From: Chitinophagaceae bacterium
GTDB lineage: Bacteria; Bacteroidota; Bacteroidia; Chitinophagales; Chitinophagaceae
DNA: 64,000 nucleotides
Assembly (NCBI GenBank): GCA_947451935.1
Contig: CANGBH010000005.1
Span: forward strand, 2,685-66,684
Direction: 5' to 3'
This document shows positions 18,577-28,580 of the stretch, one piece after another. Numbering within the stretch: the stretch's first letter is position 1; the number at the start of each line of letters is the position of its first letter. The notes beneath the pieces were generated by a model that saw nothing but the letters and a program-made list of their open reading frames with translations, was not told where the DNA came from and did no database searches. The translations under genes were made by a program, and so were the position numbers.

Positions 18577-19710
18577 TTACTGCCTAGCTTCTGCAAGTAC
18601 CTTTTTATAAAGGGATTCATACAATGGTACAATATTGTCTATATCAAATTTTAGGGCTTGTTCCCTAGCTGCAATTTTAAAAGAGTTATGCGTCTTTTCA
18701 TTAGACAATATTTTTTTCGCATTTTCTCCCATGCTTTTTACATCTCCTATCTCACTTAAGAAACCGTTTTTTCCATGTGTTATTATTTCAGGTAATCCTC
18801 CTGCATTGGTTGCAATAATTGGAGTTCCTGCAGCCATAGCTTCTAGTGCTGCAAGGCCAAAGCTTTCATACTCTGAAGGCAATAGGAATAGGTCGGCTAT
18901 CGCATAAATTTCTTCCATATCTTGTTGCTTTCCTACAAATCGGGCATCTTCATCAAAGCCTAATTCTCTACAAAGTTCTTCTGCCATGGGTCTTTCAGGA
19001 CCATCTCCTACCAACAGCAATTTGGATGGAATTTCTTTTCTAATTGCATCATAGGTATGTATGACGTCAGCAATGCGTTTTATTTTTCTGAAATTAGATG
19101 CATGTAAAATGATTTTTTCTCCTTCAGGTGCGATTACCTTGCGAAAAGCATCAATCGGTTTTTTATTAAACCTATGTATATCAACAAAATTGTGGATGAC
19201 AGTAATTTCTTTTTCTATTTTAAAGTTTGCAAATGTTTCTTCCCTTAAATTATTTGAAACTGCAGTAATAGCATCACTTTGGTTTATAGAGAATGAAACT
19301 ACTGGTGCATAGGTTTTGTCTTTCCCTACTAAGGTTATGTCTGTGCCATGTAATGTGGTAATGAACGGAATATGGATGCCTTCGTGTTCAAGAATTTTTT
19401 TTGCCATATACGCTGCTGAGGCATGTGGTATGGCATAGTGTACATGCAGTAGGTCTAAATGATTATTTTTAACCACATCCACCAGTGTGCTGGAAAGTGC
19501 AGTTTCATATGGAGGGAAGTCGAACAACGGATATGTTGGTACGCGTACCTCGTGATAAAATATATTTGCACTAAATCCTGTTAGCCTTACGGGTTGTTGG
19601 TATGTGATGAAATGAACATTGTGTCCCATGTCTGCAAGTGCTTTTCCCAACTCTGTTGCTAGCACTCCACTTCCACCGAAGGTGGGGTAACAAACAATTC
19701 CAATATTCAT
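18577..19710 (-). CDS. bshA: N-acetyl-alpha-D-glucosaminyl L-malate synthase (bacillithiol biosynthesis GT4 glycosyltransferase)
   Basis: 377 aa. N-terminus MNIGIVCYPTFGGSGVLATELGKALA and C-terminal SEYESFGLAALEAMAAGTP (GT4 EX7E) match the BshA subfamily pattern. Confidence 0.8.
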   Translation of the reverse strand: MNIGIVCYPTFGGSGVLATELGKALADMGHNVHFITYQQPVRLTGFSANIFYHEVRVPTYPLFDFPPYETALSSTLVDVVKNNHLDLLHVHYAIPHASAAYMAKKILEHEGIHIPFITTLHGTDITLVGKDKTYAPVVSFSINQSDAITAVSNNLREETFANFKIEKEITVIHNFVDIHRFNKKPIDAFRKVIAPEGEKIILHASNFRKIKRIADVIHTYDAIRKEIPSKLLLVGDGPERPMAEELCRELGFDEDARFVGKQQDMEEIYAIADLFLLPSEYESFGLAALEAMAAGTPIIATNAGGLPEIITHGKNGFLSEIGDVKSMGENAKKILSNEKTHNSFKIAAREQALKFDIDNIVPLYESLYKKVLAEARQ

Positions 19711-19832
19711 ATGCCTATTTTTAATTTAACGAAATTAGCTATAATAAAGTTTAAGCTGAGATGATATTTCTGTGACATTCATGCTTAATTTCGGTTAATT
19801 AGAATTGTTATATCACCTTGAAATGATCCAAT

Positions 19833-21209
19833 ATGCAAAAGAAGTTAGCTTCAACAATGATTTTTTTATTGGCCTTTTTGTTTACGATGGCTCAACATGC
19901 TGAAGATTCAATCATGTTCAAGCGAATTTCAGATGAAATTTTCATGAATGGGCAGGCTTATTCGAACTTGAGGATTCTCTGTAAAAAGATTGGTCCACGT
20001 CTTTCTGGATCAGCAGGTGCCGCAAAAGCTGTAATTGAAACCGCACGTATGCTCAAGGAAGCTGGTGCCGATACAGTCTATCTTCAACCTTGTATGGTGC
20101 CTCATTGGATTCGAGGAGACAAGGAAATTGGGAAAGCCTTTTTACAAAATGGTAAGATAATGCCTTTGAATATAGTTGCTCTAGGCAATGCTGTAGGGAC
20201 GGGTATTTCAGGACTTAACGCCAATGTCATTGAGATTAAGAGTTTCAAAGAAATGGAGGAGTTTGGAACAGAGAAAATAAAGGGGAAGATTGTGTTTTTT
20301 AATTTTAGGATGGACCCTAGACACATCAATACGTTTAGGGCATATGGTGAAGCAGGAGTATATAGGGTGAATGGTCCATCGAAGGCTGCCGCACTTGGTG
20401 CTGCAGGTGTTATAGTAAGAACACTGTCGCCTGAAATAGATGACTTACCTCATACTGGGGTAACAGTATACGAAGAAGATAAACCTAAAATTCCTGCTGT
20501 AGCAATCAGTACCCTTGGAGCAGTTGAACTTAGCAAAGCGTTGAATAGCGGATTAGTAAAATCAATTTATTTAAAAACAACCTGTAAGATGCTTGCTGAC
20601 AAGCCATCCTACAATGTAGTTGGTGAAATGAGAGGCTCTGAATTTCCTGATGAAATCATAACTGTTGGGGGGCATCTTGATAGTTGGGATTTGGCAGAAG
20701 GGGCTCATGATGATGGAACGGGCTGTATGCAAAGCATTGAAGTATTAAGAGTATTTAAAGCACTAGGCATTCGCCCGAAAAGAAGTATACGGGCTGTGAT
20801 GTTTATGAATGAAGAAAATGGTTCACGTGGAGGTGATGCGTATGCTGAGATTGCAAAAAAGGAAGGAAAAAAATTCATCATGGCTATGGAGAGTGATGCG
20901 GGTGGATTTACACCTCGTGGATTTGGCTTCACGTGTGATCAAACTAAAAGTCTTAAAATTATGTCATGGAAGAATTTATTTCAACCCTATGGAGCAACAG
21001 AATTTACCTTAGGTGGTGGAGGGGCTGATATTGGACCATTGAGTGAATTAGGTACTGCTACTATCGGGTTCAATCCAGACTCACAGCGTTATATGGACCT
21101 TCATCATGCCCGAACGGATGTATTTGAATCTGTTAGTGAAAGAGAACTTAATCTAGGGGCCATTGTCATGTCTCAAATGATCTACATGGTTAGTCAGCAA
21201 GGTCTTTAA
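19833..21209 (+). CDS. M28 family metallopeptidase with PA domain, secreted
   Basis: Signal peptide. PA-domain insertion. M28 zinc-ligand contexts (GGHLDSWD, HDDGTG, NEENG). Confidence 0.85.
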   Translation: MQKKLASTMIFLLAFLFTMAQHAEDSIMFKRISDEIFMNGQAYSNLRILCKKIGPRLSGSAGAAKAVIETARMLKEAGADTVYLQPCMVPHWIRGDKEIGKAFLQNGKIMPLNIVALGNAVGTGISGLNANVIEIKSFKEMEEFGTEKIKGKIVFFNFRMDPRHINTFRAYGEAGVYRVNGPSKAAALGAAGVIVRTLSPEIDDLPHTGVTVYEEDKPKIPAVAISTLGAVELSKALNSGLVKSIYLKTTCKMLADKPSYNVVGEMRGSEFPDEIITVGGHLDSWDLAEGAHDDGTGCMQSIEVLRVFKALGIRPKRSIRAVMFMNEENGSRGGDAYAEIAKKEGKKFIMAMESDAGGFTPRGFGFTCDQTKSLKIMSWKNLFQPYGATEFTLGGGGADIGPLSELGTATIGFNPDSQRYMDLHHARTDVFESVSERELNLGAIVMSQMIYMVSQQGL

Positions 21210-21252
21210 GGCAGTTTTACTTTTTGTAATTCCTCTTTGATTATCTGCATGG

Positions 21253-21951
21253 CTATCTGCCAATGAGAAACATGGCAGGCTCTTTTGGTATTTCTGGAAT
21301 TTGTTTATTCCAGTCAGCAACTGTTTTGGTTTTAATCCATTCAGATTTGGAGCTTATATTGAATGCAATACAAATTTTTGTTTCCTGCTTACAAATTTTA
21401 AGTAGGGCGTTTAGTAGACTATTGTTTCTGTATGGAGTTTCAATGAATAGTTGAGTGCAATTGTCGACTGTCGCTTTTTTTTCTAACTCCTTTATTTTCT
21501 TTTCTCGTTCTCCAGATTCTATAGGAAGATATCCATTGAATGTAAAAAATTGGCCATTCATTCCACTTGCCATCAGGGCGAGTAATATTGAGCTTGGTCC
21601 ACTTATTGGTTTAATGAGTGTTCCTAATTCTTGAGCACACGAAATTATTTTTTGTCCAGGATCTGCAATGCCTGGGCAGCCCGACTCACTAACTATCCCA
21701 ATTGTTTTTTGTTGTTTTATGCATTGCTTGAAAAGCTCAAGCGATGCCTCTTCATTTTCTTCAATGGTATACCATTCCCTACTATCAATATTAAAGGTTG
21801 GATCAATTTTTTTAAATGCTCTTCGAGCAGTGCGGATATTTTCTGCAAAAAAAACCTGACATAAATTTATTTTCTCAGCTATGTAAACCGGCAATGTATC
21901 ATATCCATCTTCTGCTAGCGCTATAGGTAAAAGGTAAACCACTGAATCCAT
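21253..21951 (-). CDS. SAM-dependent methyltransferase, tetrapyrrole-methylase (RsmI-like) fold
   Basis: 232 aa. SESGCPGIADPG and GPSS motifs typical of the RsmI/TP-methylase superfamily. Confidence 0.7.
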   Translation of the reverse strand: MDSVVYLLPIALAEDGYDTLPVYIAEKINLCQVFFAENIRTARRAFKKIDPTFNIDSREWYTIEENEEASLELFKQCIKQQKTIGIVSESGCPGIADPGQKIISCAQELGTLIKPISGPSSILLALMASGMNGQFFTFNGYLPIESGEREKKIKELEKKATVDNCTQLFIETPYRNNSLLNALLKICKQETKICIAFNISSKSEWIKTKTVADWNKQIPEIPKEPAMFLIGR

Positions 21952-21971
21952 GCTTTTTAGTTATTGAGGTC

Positions 21972-22811
21972 TTATTTCTTAGATTTTAATTCCTGCATGC
22001 TAATGGCTGAAGCAATTATGGCATAGGATGGAGCAAGTATCCATCCTATAAAAACAACAAAATGCATTAGATAGAATACAATTCCATTGCCAATGGCTAA
22101 GCCTTTGTGTTGGCTGATAAAGTCAGTTGCGTTGGCGGAATTCATTTTGTTCCCCTCGCATGAATAATCCATCATAGAAAATCCATAGTAGTAGCATTCA
22201 ATCATGACAGCAAGTATAGGAGTTGCCCAGCCAACGAATGGGAGCAAGGATAAAAAAATAATGGAAATTACATAAACTGTTTGCCATAATGAATTTCGAA
22301 TGGCTATGCTGATACCCCTTTTTACATGAGCTAAATATCTTTTTATATCAAATGTGTATTCATCCCCTTTAAGTATTGAGAATGTTTTATCACTTAAAAA
22401 AGAAAATAGGGGAGCACCGATAATTAACCATATATATTTGAAAAGCGAAAAGTAAAGAAGCATTAAGATTAACCAAAGTATAACTCCTCCAACAGCAAAC
22501 AAAAATCCAAGCCAACTGCTATGTAATTTATCTAGCCAATTTTGTAATCCAGTATCTATTGTTAGGTAAGAAATTACTGCTGTAGCAGATTTTCCAAAAA
22601 AATAAATACTTACCCCAAATAAGATAGCGTAGATTATTCCTGGGATAAGAATCCATCTCCAAAGCTTATGTTCTTTAATAAAATCATGGGCTTTAAAATA
22701 AGACTGAACTGCTATAATAATTTCCTTTAGCAAGCATTTTTTTTTGGTTAATGGCAAAATACACAAATAAAGTGACTCAGAATTCATGTTGACGTACTCT
22801 AGCAACTTCAA
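21972..22811 (-). CDS. EI24/CysZ-like membrane protein
   Basis: Polytopic membrane ORF resembling the EI24 (PF07264-type) family. Start uncertain: TTG at 22811, ATG at 22787, or an in-frame TTG just after a T9 tract. Confidence 0.6.
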   Translation of the reverse strand: MKLLEYVNMNSESLYLCILPLTKKKCLLKEIIIAVQSYFKAHDFIKEHKLWRWILIPGIIYAILFGVSIYFFGKSATAVISYLTIDTGLQNWLDKLHSSWLGFLFAVGGVILWLILMLLYFSLFKYIWLIIGAPLFSFLSDKTFSILKGDEYTFDIKRYLAHVKRGISIAIRNSLWQTVYVISIIFLSLLPFVGWATPILAVMIECYYYGFSMMDYSCEGNKMNSANATDFISQHKGLAIGNGIVFYLMHFVVFIGWILAPSYAIIASAISMQELKSKK

Positions 22812-22834
22812 ATTTTAAGGAAAAGTATATCTTC

Positions 22835-24310
22835 ATGAAAATAATTTACGTGAAAGCGGAAAAACATTCACAGTTAGGGTCTGCTGTCTCGTTTTTGATA
22901 GGGCCCTTATTATTTATTTTTATTCTATTTTTTAACCCTTTGGGTGTAGATATATCTGCAAATCGAGTATTGGCTGTGGCTGCATTGATGATTTCTTGGT
23001 GGATAACTGAAGCTATTCCTATGCCTGCAGTGGCCATTATCCCATTGGTACTATTCCCTTTACTTGGAATTTCAAAAATTTCAGAAACAGCAGCGCCTTA
23101 TGCTAACGAAGTGATATTTCTTTTCATGGGTGGTTTTATGATTGGGCTGGGTATTGAAAAATGGAATTTACACAAACGCATTGCCTTGTCTATTGTGCAG
23201 TTCACTGGAACTGGAGGGAACCGTATTATTTTAGGATTTATTATTGCAACAGGATTTATAAGTATGTGGCTAAGTAATACGGCTACTACTATGATGATGT
23301 ATCCGATTGCCGTTTCAGTTATATCTGTTTTAAACGTTAAGCATGCTTCTGAAAATCAGGTTCGAAATTTTTCGATATGCATTATGCTTGCAATAGCTTA
23401 TGCTTCTAATTTCGGTGGCATCGCAACTGTTATTGGAACGCCGCCTAATGTTGCTTATGCCTCATTCATGAATAAGAAATATGGGTATGATATTTCGTTC
23501 TTCAATTGGATGCTTATTTGTACCCCAATAGCCATTATGCTATTAACTGCACTTTATTTTGTTCTAGTCAATATGTATCCAAATCGAATTGCATCAAGTG
23601 TTGAGATGAAGACTCTTATTCAAGATGACTTGAAAGATCTTGGTCCCATAACTACTCCTGAAAAAAGAGTCTTGTACATCTTCTGCACCACTGCATTGTT
23701 ATGGATCACTCGAGATTTCATTAATAAAACAGGGTTATTAAAATTGGATGATAATATGATTGCCGTTTTTGGTGCCTTATTGTTATTCATCGTTCCGTCA
23801 GGAAATAAACATGGGATGAGTAATAAGTTATTAGTGTGGTCCGATACATCAAAAATGGCATGGGGTATTCTTCTTTTATTTGGAGGTGGGATTGCACTCG
23901 CAAGTGCATTAGAGAAAGTAGGACTAATTGGTATGTTAGGGAAATGGCTGAGTGGTTTTTCGGGTACATCTCTAATCTTTTTGATTTTAGTTGTAGCAGT
24001 ACTTTCTATATTTATAAGTGAAGTGATGAGCAATGTTGCTCAGGTAATTGTATTTGCCCCAGTTGTTACGGGTATAGCAGAAGCGTTACACATGAATCCA
24101 TTTTTACTTGGAATACCAATGACCTTGGCTGCAAGTTGTGCTTCTATGATGCCAATGGGCACACCGCCTAATGCAATCGTGTTTTCAAGTGGGCATATAA
24201 AATTAACTCAAATGATGAAGACAGGTTTCGTAATGAATCTTATAAGTATTATTCTAATCGTTTTGTTCAGTTATTATGTAGTGCCCTTAGTGTTGACCTT
24301 GCCCAGGTAA
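22835..24310 (+). CDS. SLC13/DASS family anion:sodium symporter
   Basis: 491-aa polytopic protein. SNTATTMMM and GTPPN (twice) hairpin motifs characteristic of the DASS/NadC family. Confidence 0.85.
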   Translation: MKIIYVKAEKHSQLGSAVSFLIGPLLFIFILFFNPLGVDISANRVLAVAALMISWWITEAIPMPAVAIIPLVLFPLLGISKISETAAPYANEVIFLFMGGFMIGLGIEKWNLHKRIALSIVQFTGTGGNRIILGFIIATGFISMWLSNTATTMMMYPIAVSVISVLNVKHASENQVRNFSICIMLAIAYASNFGGIATVIGTPPNVAYASFMNKKYGYDISFFNWMLICTPIAIMLLTALYFVLVNMYPNRIASSVEMKTLIQDDLKDLGPITTPEKRVLYIFCTTALLWITRDFINKTGLLKLDDNMIAVFGALLLFIVPSGNKHGMSNKLLVWSDTSKMAWGILLLFGGGIALASALEKVGLIGMLGKWLSGFSGTSLIFLILVVAVLSIFISEVMSNVAQVIVFAPVVTGIAEALHMNPFLLGIPMTLAASCASMMPMGTPPNAIVFSSGHIKLTQMMKTGFVMNLISIILIVLFSYYVVPLVLTLPR

Positions 24311-24315
24311 TAGAA

Positions 24316-25344
24316 TTAAAATTTAGGGCAGTTTATTTTTTTTCTTAGTGGGTCTTTATATTGTCCTATGTATATTATAGACAACTCTGACCCCCCTTTA
24401 GTTTGTGATGCTGTTTTCAGGGATGAAGCATTAAGGTCATAAGAAAAACCAAAACGAAATCCATTCAACTCAATTCCTAGATATGGTATGAATGCATCAT
24501 TCAATCTATACCAACCTCCTGTATAAAGTTCAATTGGATTATTTTCATCAAAATTGATATTCCATGCCATTGTTGCGCCTGCTAGTGTTTCAGTTGCTTT
24601 GGCTTGTCTTTGATGAATTAGGCTAAAATGAACTGCTTTGAATTGACCAAGAGGAACGTAGCCGCCACCATGAATGGTAGATCGAGAGTTTAGTAGATAA
24701 TTTCCTCCAAGAAATGTTTCTGAAGGTCTGTTTATGTGATAAAAAGAACCGCCAAGGTAAAAGCTATTTTCACCATTTGTACTTAGGGCATACATAATGC
24801 CAGTATTGAAGTCGAAATAGTTAATTGAAAATGGCGTATTGCCGAATACTTCACGGGTGATTCCAGTAAAGCCAAGCGAAGTAAGTTCATCTTCAAAATC
24901 CGCTTTCCTTATGTCAAGTCGTTTGCTAGCAAATGTTCCTTGAAAGCCAATGGTAATTTGATTTCGCCCATCTTCATCTAGTGATTTTGCATAGGCTGTT
25001 GAGATGCTATAGAAACTGTTGTTGAGTATTTTATTACCGCTTTGATCATTCACGGCAAGAAAGCCTATACCCCATGTATCATTCTCCGGCAGTTGTTTAT
25101 TTAGAATGGAAAAGTCATAGGAAGCAGTCGATGTAGTGAATGCATTATTTATTGTTGGCCATTGTTTTTTATAGTTTCCTGCAACTCTATAGGTTCCATT
25201 GAATTTACCAGTAAATGCCGGGTTAAGTGTTAGGGGTGAAACAAAATATTGTGAAAAGTGAGGGTCTTGAGCATAAGCTATCGAAGCCTGAAGGAATAAG
25301 GCCGTGCAAATATATTTTAATAATGAATGTTTGGATTTCAACAA
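24316..25344 (-). CDS. PorP/SprF family type IX secretion system membrane protein
   Basis: Signal peptide then AQDPHFSQYFVSPLTLNPAFTG, the signature N-terminus of PorP/SprF. Beta-barrel-like sequence ending in Phe. TTG start. Confidence 0.8.
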   Translation of the reverse strand: MLKSKHSLLKYICTALFLQASIAYAQDPHFSQYFVSPLTLNPAFTGKFNGTYRVAGNYKKQWPTINNAFTTSTASYDFSILNKQLPENDTWGIGFLAVNDQSGNKILNNSFYSISTAYAKSLDEDGRNQITIGFQGTFASKRLDIRKADFEDELTSLGFTGITREVFGNTPFSINYFDFNTGIMYALSTNGENSFYLGGSFYHINRPSETFLGGNYLLNSRSTIHGGGYVPLGQFKAVHFSLIHQRQAKATETLAGATMAWNINFDENNPIELYTGGWYRLNDAFIPYLGIELNGFRFGFSYDLNASSLKTASQTKGGSELSIIYIGQYKDPLRKKINCPKF

Positions 25345-25355
25345 TGGACCTTGAT

Positions 25356-26006
25356 TTAAGATTGAAGTTTTTCACCAAATGCTAAATCACCTGCATCACC
25401 TAGCCCCGGAACAATATAGCCTTTCGCAGTTAGCTCTTCATCAATCGCTCCGCACCAAATTTTTACATGAGGCTCATGCCTTCTCAAGAAATCAATACCT
25501 TCTGTGCAGGCTATTACTGAAACTACATGAATTTGTTTGATATTCCCTTCCCTTCGAAGAAACGAAATTGTTTTTACGAGTGATGCTCCAGTTGCAAGCA
25601 TAGGGTCACTTAGAATCACTATTCTGTCTTCAATGACTGGACAAGAAATATATTCAAGGCTAATGTCAAAACTGCCATCTCCATGATGCTTTCTATACGC
25701 TGCAATAAATGCATTATCGGCTTTGTCAAAATAATTCAACATGCCCTGATGAAGGGGTAAACCAGCTCTGAGTATGGTAGCTAAAACAGGCTGCTCAGAT
25801 AACACTTTTTGTTTGGCAATTCCTAGTGGGGTAGTGATGTCTTGTTCCTCAAATGGAAGTTCCTTGCTTATTTCATAGGCTGCTACTTCCCCTATTCGTT
25901 CAATATTTCTTCTAAATCGCATTCTATCACCTTGAATGCGCATATCCCTTAACTCACCGATCCAATTACTTACCAACGAATGGCGTTCACTTAAATTAAT
26001 GATCAT
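25356..26006 (-). CDS. upp: Uracil phosphoribosyltransferase
   Basis: 216 aa. PRPP-binding loop VILSDPMLATGAS and C-terminal YIVPGLGDAGDLAFG. Confidence 0.92.
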   Translation of the reverse strand: MIINLSERHSLVSNWIGELRDMRIQGDRMRFRRNIERIGEVAAYEISKELPFEEQDITTPLGIAKQKVLSEQPVLATILRAGLPLHQGMLNYFDKADNAFIAAYRKHHGDGSFDISLEYISCPVIEDRIVILSDPMLATGASLVKTISFLRREGNIKQIHVVSVIACTEGIDFLRRHEPHVKIWCGAIDEELTAKGYIVPGLGDAGDLAFGEKLQS

Positions 26007-26114
26007 ACATTGCTTATTTTCGGGTTGGAATATGACAAAACTAAACCCTTTGGCATTTATATCCTATCAATAGGCCCTTTATTTAAAGCTTAAAACTTTG
26101 TTAATAGTAATAAA

Positions 26115-27212
26115 ATGATTTATCGTGTAATTGGTTTAATGAGCGGTAGTTCATTAGATGGACTAGATATCGCCTATATTGAATTTGAAGAGAAGGCCGG
26201 TAGGTGGAAGTATACCATCTTAGAAGCTGAATGTATTTCCTATTCTACAGCGTGGGAAACTAGCCTTACCAATTCACCGCAACTAACTGCGATGGAGTTA
26301 ACAGCCATGCACTCATGTTATGGGCATTACATTGGGGAAGCAGTAAATAGTTTTATTAAGGCCCATAGTCTGGAATTTAAGGTTGCGTTAGTCATATCAC
26401 ATGGACATACTGTATTTCATCATCCAGGACTATTTACTTTCCAATTAGGGGATGGTGCAGCAATTGCAGCAGAAACTAGCTTGCCTGTTGTATCTGATTT
26501 ACGGGCTATGGATATTGCATTAGGTGGACAGGGCGCGCCGATAGTACCCCTAGGTGAGCGTATTTTGTTTGAAGGCTATGATTTTTTTCTAAACATAGGA
26601 GGTATTTCTAATTTATCATTTAATGCCCCAACTCAACTAGACGCGTTTGATGTGTGTCCTGCTAATAAAGTGCTTAATCTGCTGAGTATTGAAATCGGAA
26701 AAGAATTTGATGCAGAGGGGATGATGGCATCATCGGGTAGAATTCATGAGCAGTTATTTAATCAACTCAATGAATTACCATATTACAAGCAAGAATACCC
26801 CAAATCGCTTGACAATTCATTTGGTATAGAAATAGTATATCCCCTAATTAAAGCCTACTCAATTCCTACAAAAGATGCATTAGCAACGTACGTTGAGCAT
26901 ATTGCTTTTCAACTTAGCGCATCTATTAAGATGTTACTGGCTAAGCACAACTTGCCTATTTCTAGTCGAAATTTACTTGTTACGGGTGGGGGAGCTTTTA
27001 ATAATTATTTGATTGCTAGAATTGAACATCATTTAGCCCCTTATTCAATTGAGGTAATTCTTCCAGACGAAAAAACAATTCAATACAAGGAAGCACTCAT
27101 CATGGGGTTTTTAGGAATATTGAGATGGCGTGAAGAAGATACAGTTATGTCTTCTGTTACGGGTGCTTCTAGGAATAGTATAGGTGGTGCATTATGGATG
27201 GGCGGACATTAG
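26115..27212 (+). CDS. anmK: Anhydro-N-acetylmuramic acid kinase
   Basis: 365 aa. GLMSGSSLDGLD N-terminus, GGQGAP and TGGGAFN motifs. Confidence 0.9.
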   Translation: MIYRVIGLMSGSSLDGLDIAYIEFEEKAGRWKYTILEAECISYSTAWETSLTNSPQLTAMELTAMHSCYGHYIGEAVNSFIKAHSLEFKVALVISHGHTVFHHPGLFTFQLGDGAAIAAETSLPVVSDLRAMDIALGGQGAPIVPLGERILFEGYDFFLNIGGISNLSFNAPTQLDAFDVCPANKVLNLLSIEIGKEFDAEGMMASSGRIHEQLFNQLNELPYYKQEYPKSLDNSFGIEIVYPLIKAYSIPTKDALATYVEHIAFQLSASIKMLLAKHNLPISSRNLLVTGGGAFNNYLIARIEHHLAPYSIEVILPDEKTIQYKEALIMGFLGILRWREEDTVMSSVTGASRNSIGGALWMGGH

Positions 27213-27213
27213 T

Positions 27214-28467
27214 TTATGAAATGATTAGCAACATGATTCCTGCTGCAATCATCAATAGTAGAGAAGTCCCACCAAGAATATTAGACCATCTTCCATTAGT
27301 GTACTCGCCCATAATTTTTTTATTATTGCTTACTAATAAAATCACGAAAATGATTAGAGGCGCGGTTAATCCATATATTATGGCAGTGACCACTAGCGCT
27401 TTAACAGGAGATACTCCTGTGAAATTTATTGACATGGCTATAAGGATCGATAGGATCATGATATAGTAGAATCCCTTTGCTTCTCCGAATTTTTTGTTCA
27501 ATCCTTCTTTCCAACTAAATGCTTCACTAACCATATAAGATACTGAGCCAGCAAGTACTGGAATAGCTAACATCCCCGTTCCTAGTACACCCACCGCAAA
27601 TAGTAAATAAGTTAATTTGCCTGCAAGTGGTTTCAATGCCAGGGCAGCTTGATCAACTGTTTGTATCTCTTTAATACCACTACTGTGTAATACCGTTCCG
27701 GTAGAGAGGATGATAAAAAAGAAAACAAGGTTAGAGAAGAATATTCCTGTCTTTACATCGGTTTGCATTTCATGGATAATTTTTTTATCTACTACTAATT
27801 TTTTTTCTTCCATCTCTTCTACTTCCATTGATGTTTGCCAGAAAAATAAATATGGAGATATAGTAGTTCCAAGTATGCCAATGACTATTAATAGGTATTG
27901 TTTATCCCATATAATATGGGGTACAAATGTTGATCTTAAAACTTGATGCCAATCCTGCTTAGTTAGAAATGGAACGATGATGTAGCATAAAAGGGAAAGG
28001 CAAAACCATTTTAAATAGAATGCAATTTTAGCGTAAGGCAATACAACAATATAGTAAGATAGGAATAGTCCAATGCAGGTGCTGAAAACGGATGATGGAA
28101 TACTTGGGATAAGCATATTTGCCACTGCTCCCATTCCAGCTAAATCAGCTCCAATGTTTAATACTATTGCAGTGAAGCTTACTAATACAATACACATTAC
28201 AAGCCATCTAGGATAAAATGCTTTAATGGTTCCAATCAGTCCTTTTTTAGTAACTAATCCAATACGGGCACACATCTCTTGCAATGCGGCCATTAAAGGG
28301 AATGTAAAAACCGCTGTCCATAATGTATTCAATCCAAATAATGTCCCGGCTTGTGAATAGGTAGCAATGCCTGAAGGATCATCATCGCTTGCACCTGTAA
28401 TTAGGCCTGGTCCAAAGACTTGGCCTATTTTTTTTAGAACCGTATTTTTTACTGAGCGAATTGACAT
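27214..28467 (-). CDS. Nramp-family divalent metal cation transporter
   Basis: 417-aa polytopic protein. N-terminal GPGLITGASDDDPSGIATYSQAG matches the Nramp/MntH-related DPGN-type motif. Confidence 0.82.
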   Translation of the reverse strand: MSIRSVKNTVLKKIGQVFGPGLITGASDDDPSGIATYSQAGTLFGLNTLWTAVFTFPLMAALQEMCARIGLVTKKGLIGTIKAFYPRWLVMCIVLVSFTAIVLNIGADLAGMGAVANMLIPSIPSSVFSTCIGLFLSYYIVVLPYAKIAFYLKWFCLSLLCYIIVPFLTKQDWHQVLRSTFVPHIIWDKQYLLIVIGILGTTISPYLFFWQTSMEVEEMEEKKLVVDKKIIHEMQTDVKTGIFFSNLVFFFIILSTGTVLHSSGIKEIQTVDQAALALKPLAGKLTYLLFAVGVLGTGMLAIPVLAGSVSYMVSEAFSWKEGLNKKFGEAKGFYYIMILSILIAMSINFTGVSPVKALVVTAIIYGLTAPLIIFVILLVSNNKKIMGEYTNGRWSNILGGTSLLLMIAAGIMLLIIS

Positions 28468-28536
28468 GCTGTTTTATTTAACAAAGACAAGTTCTATGTT
28501 TGTATTATATATATAGCGGTTGAAAGCTGTTTATAA

Positions 28537-28568
28537 AATTAAACCGGACAATGTTGTCCGGTTTAATT
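28537..28568 (-). terminator. Intrinsic terminator downstream of the TIM-barrel isomerase gene
   Basis: 15-bp inverted repeat AATTAAACCGGACAA / TTGTCCGGTTTAATT, 12 nt past the stop at 28581. T-rich on the minus strand afterwards. Confidence 0.6.
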
Positions 28569-28580
28569 ATTATGAGTTTA

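Noticed and set aside
22737-22745. T9 homopolymer (A9 on the coding strand) near the 5' end of the EI24-like gene, a possible slipped-strand phase-variation tract.
   Set aside because: It encodes Lys-Lys-Lys in a region that may be upstream of the real start. A single 9-nt tract in AT-rich DNA with no surface-antigen context is not persuasive.
27207-27216. anmK and the Nramp transporter gene converge with only one nucleotide between their stop codons and no terminator.
   Set aside because: Tight convergent packing is common throughout this window (for example 24310/24316 and 54360/54363). Noted as genome compaction rather than a specific signal.
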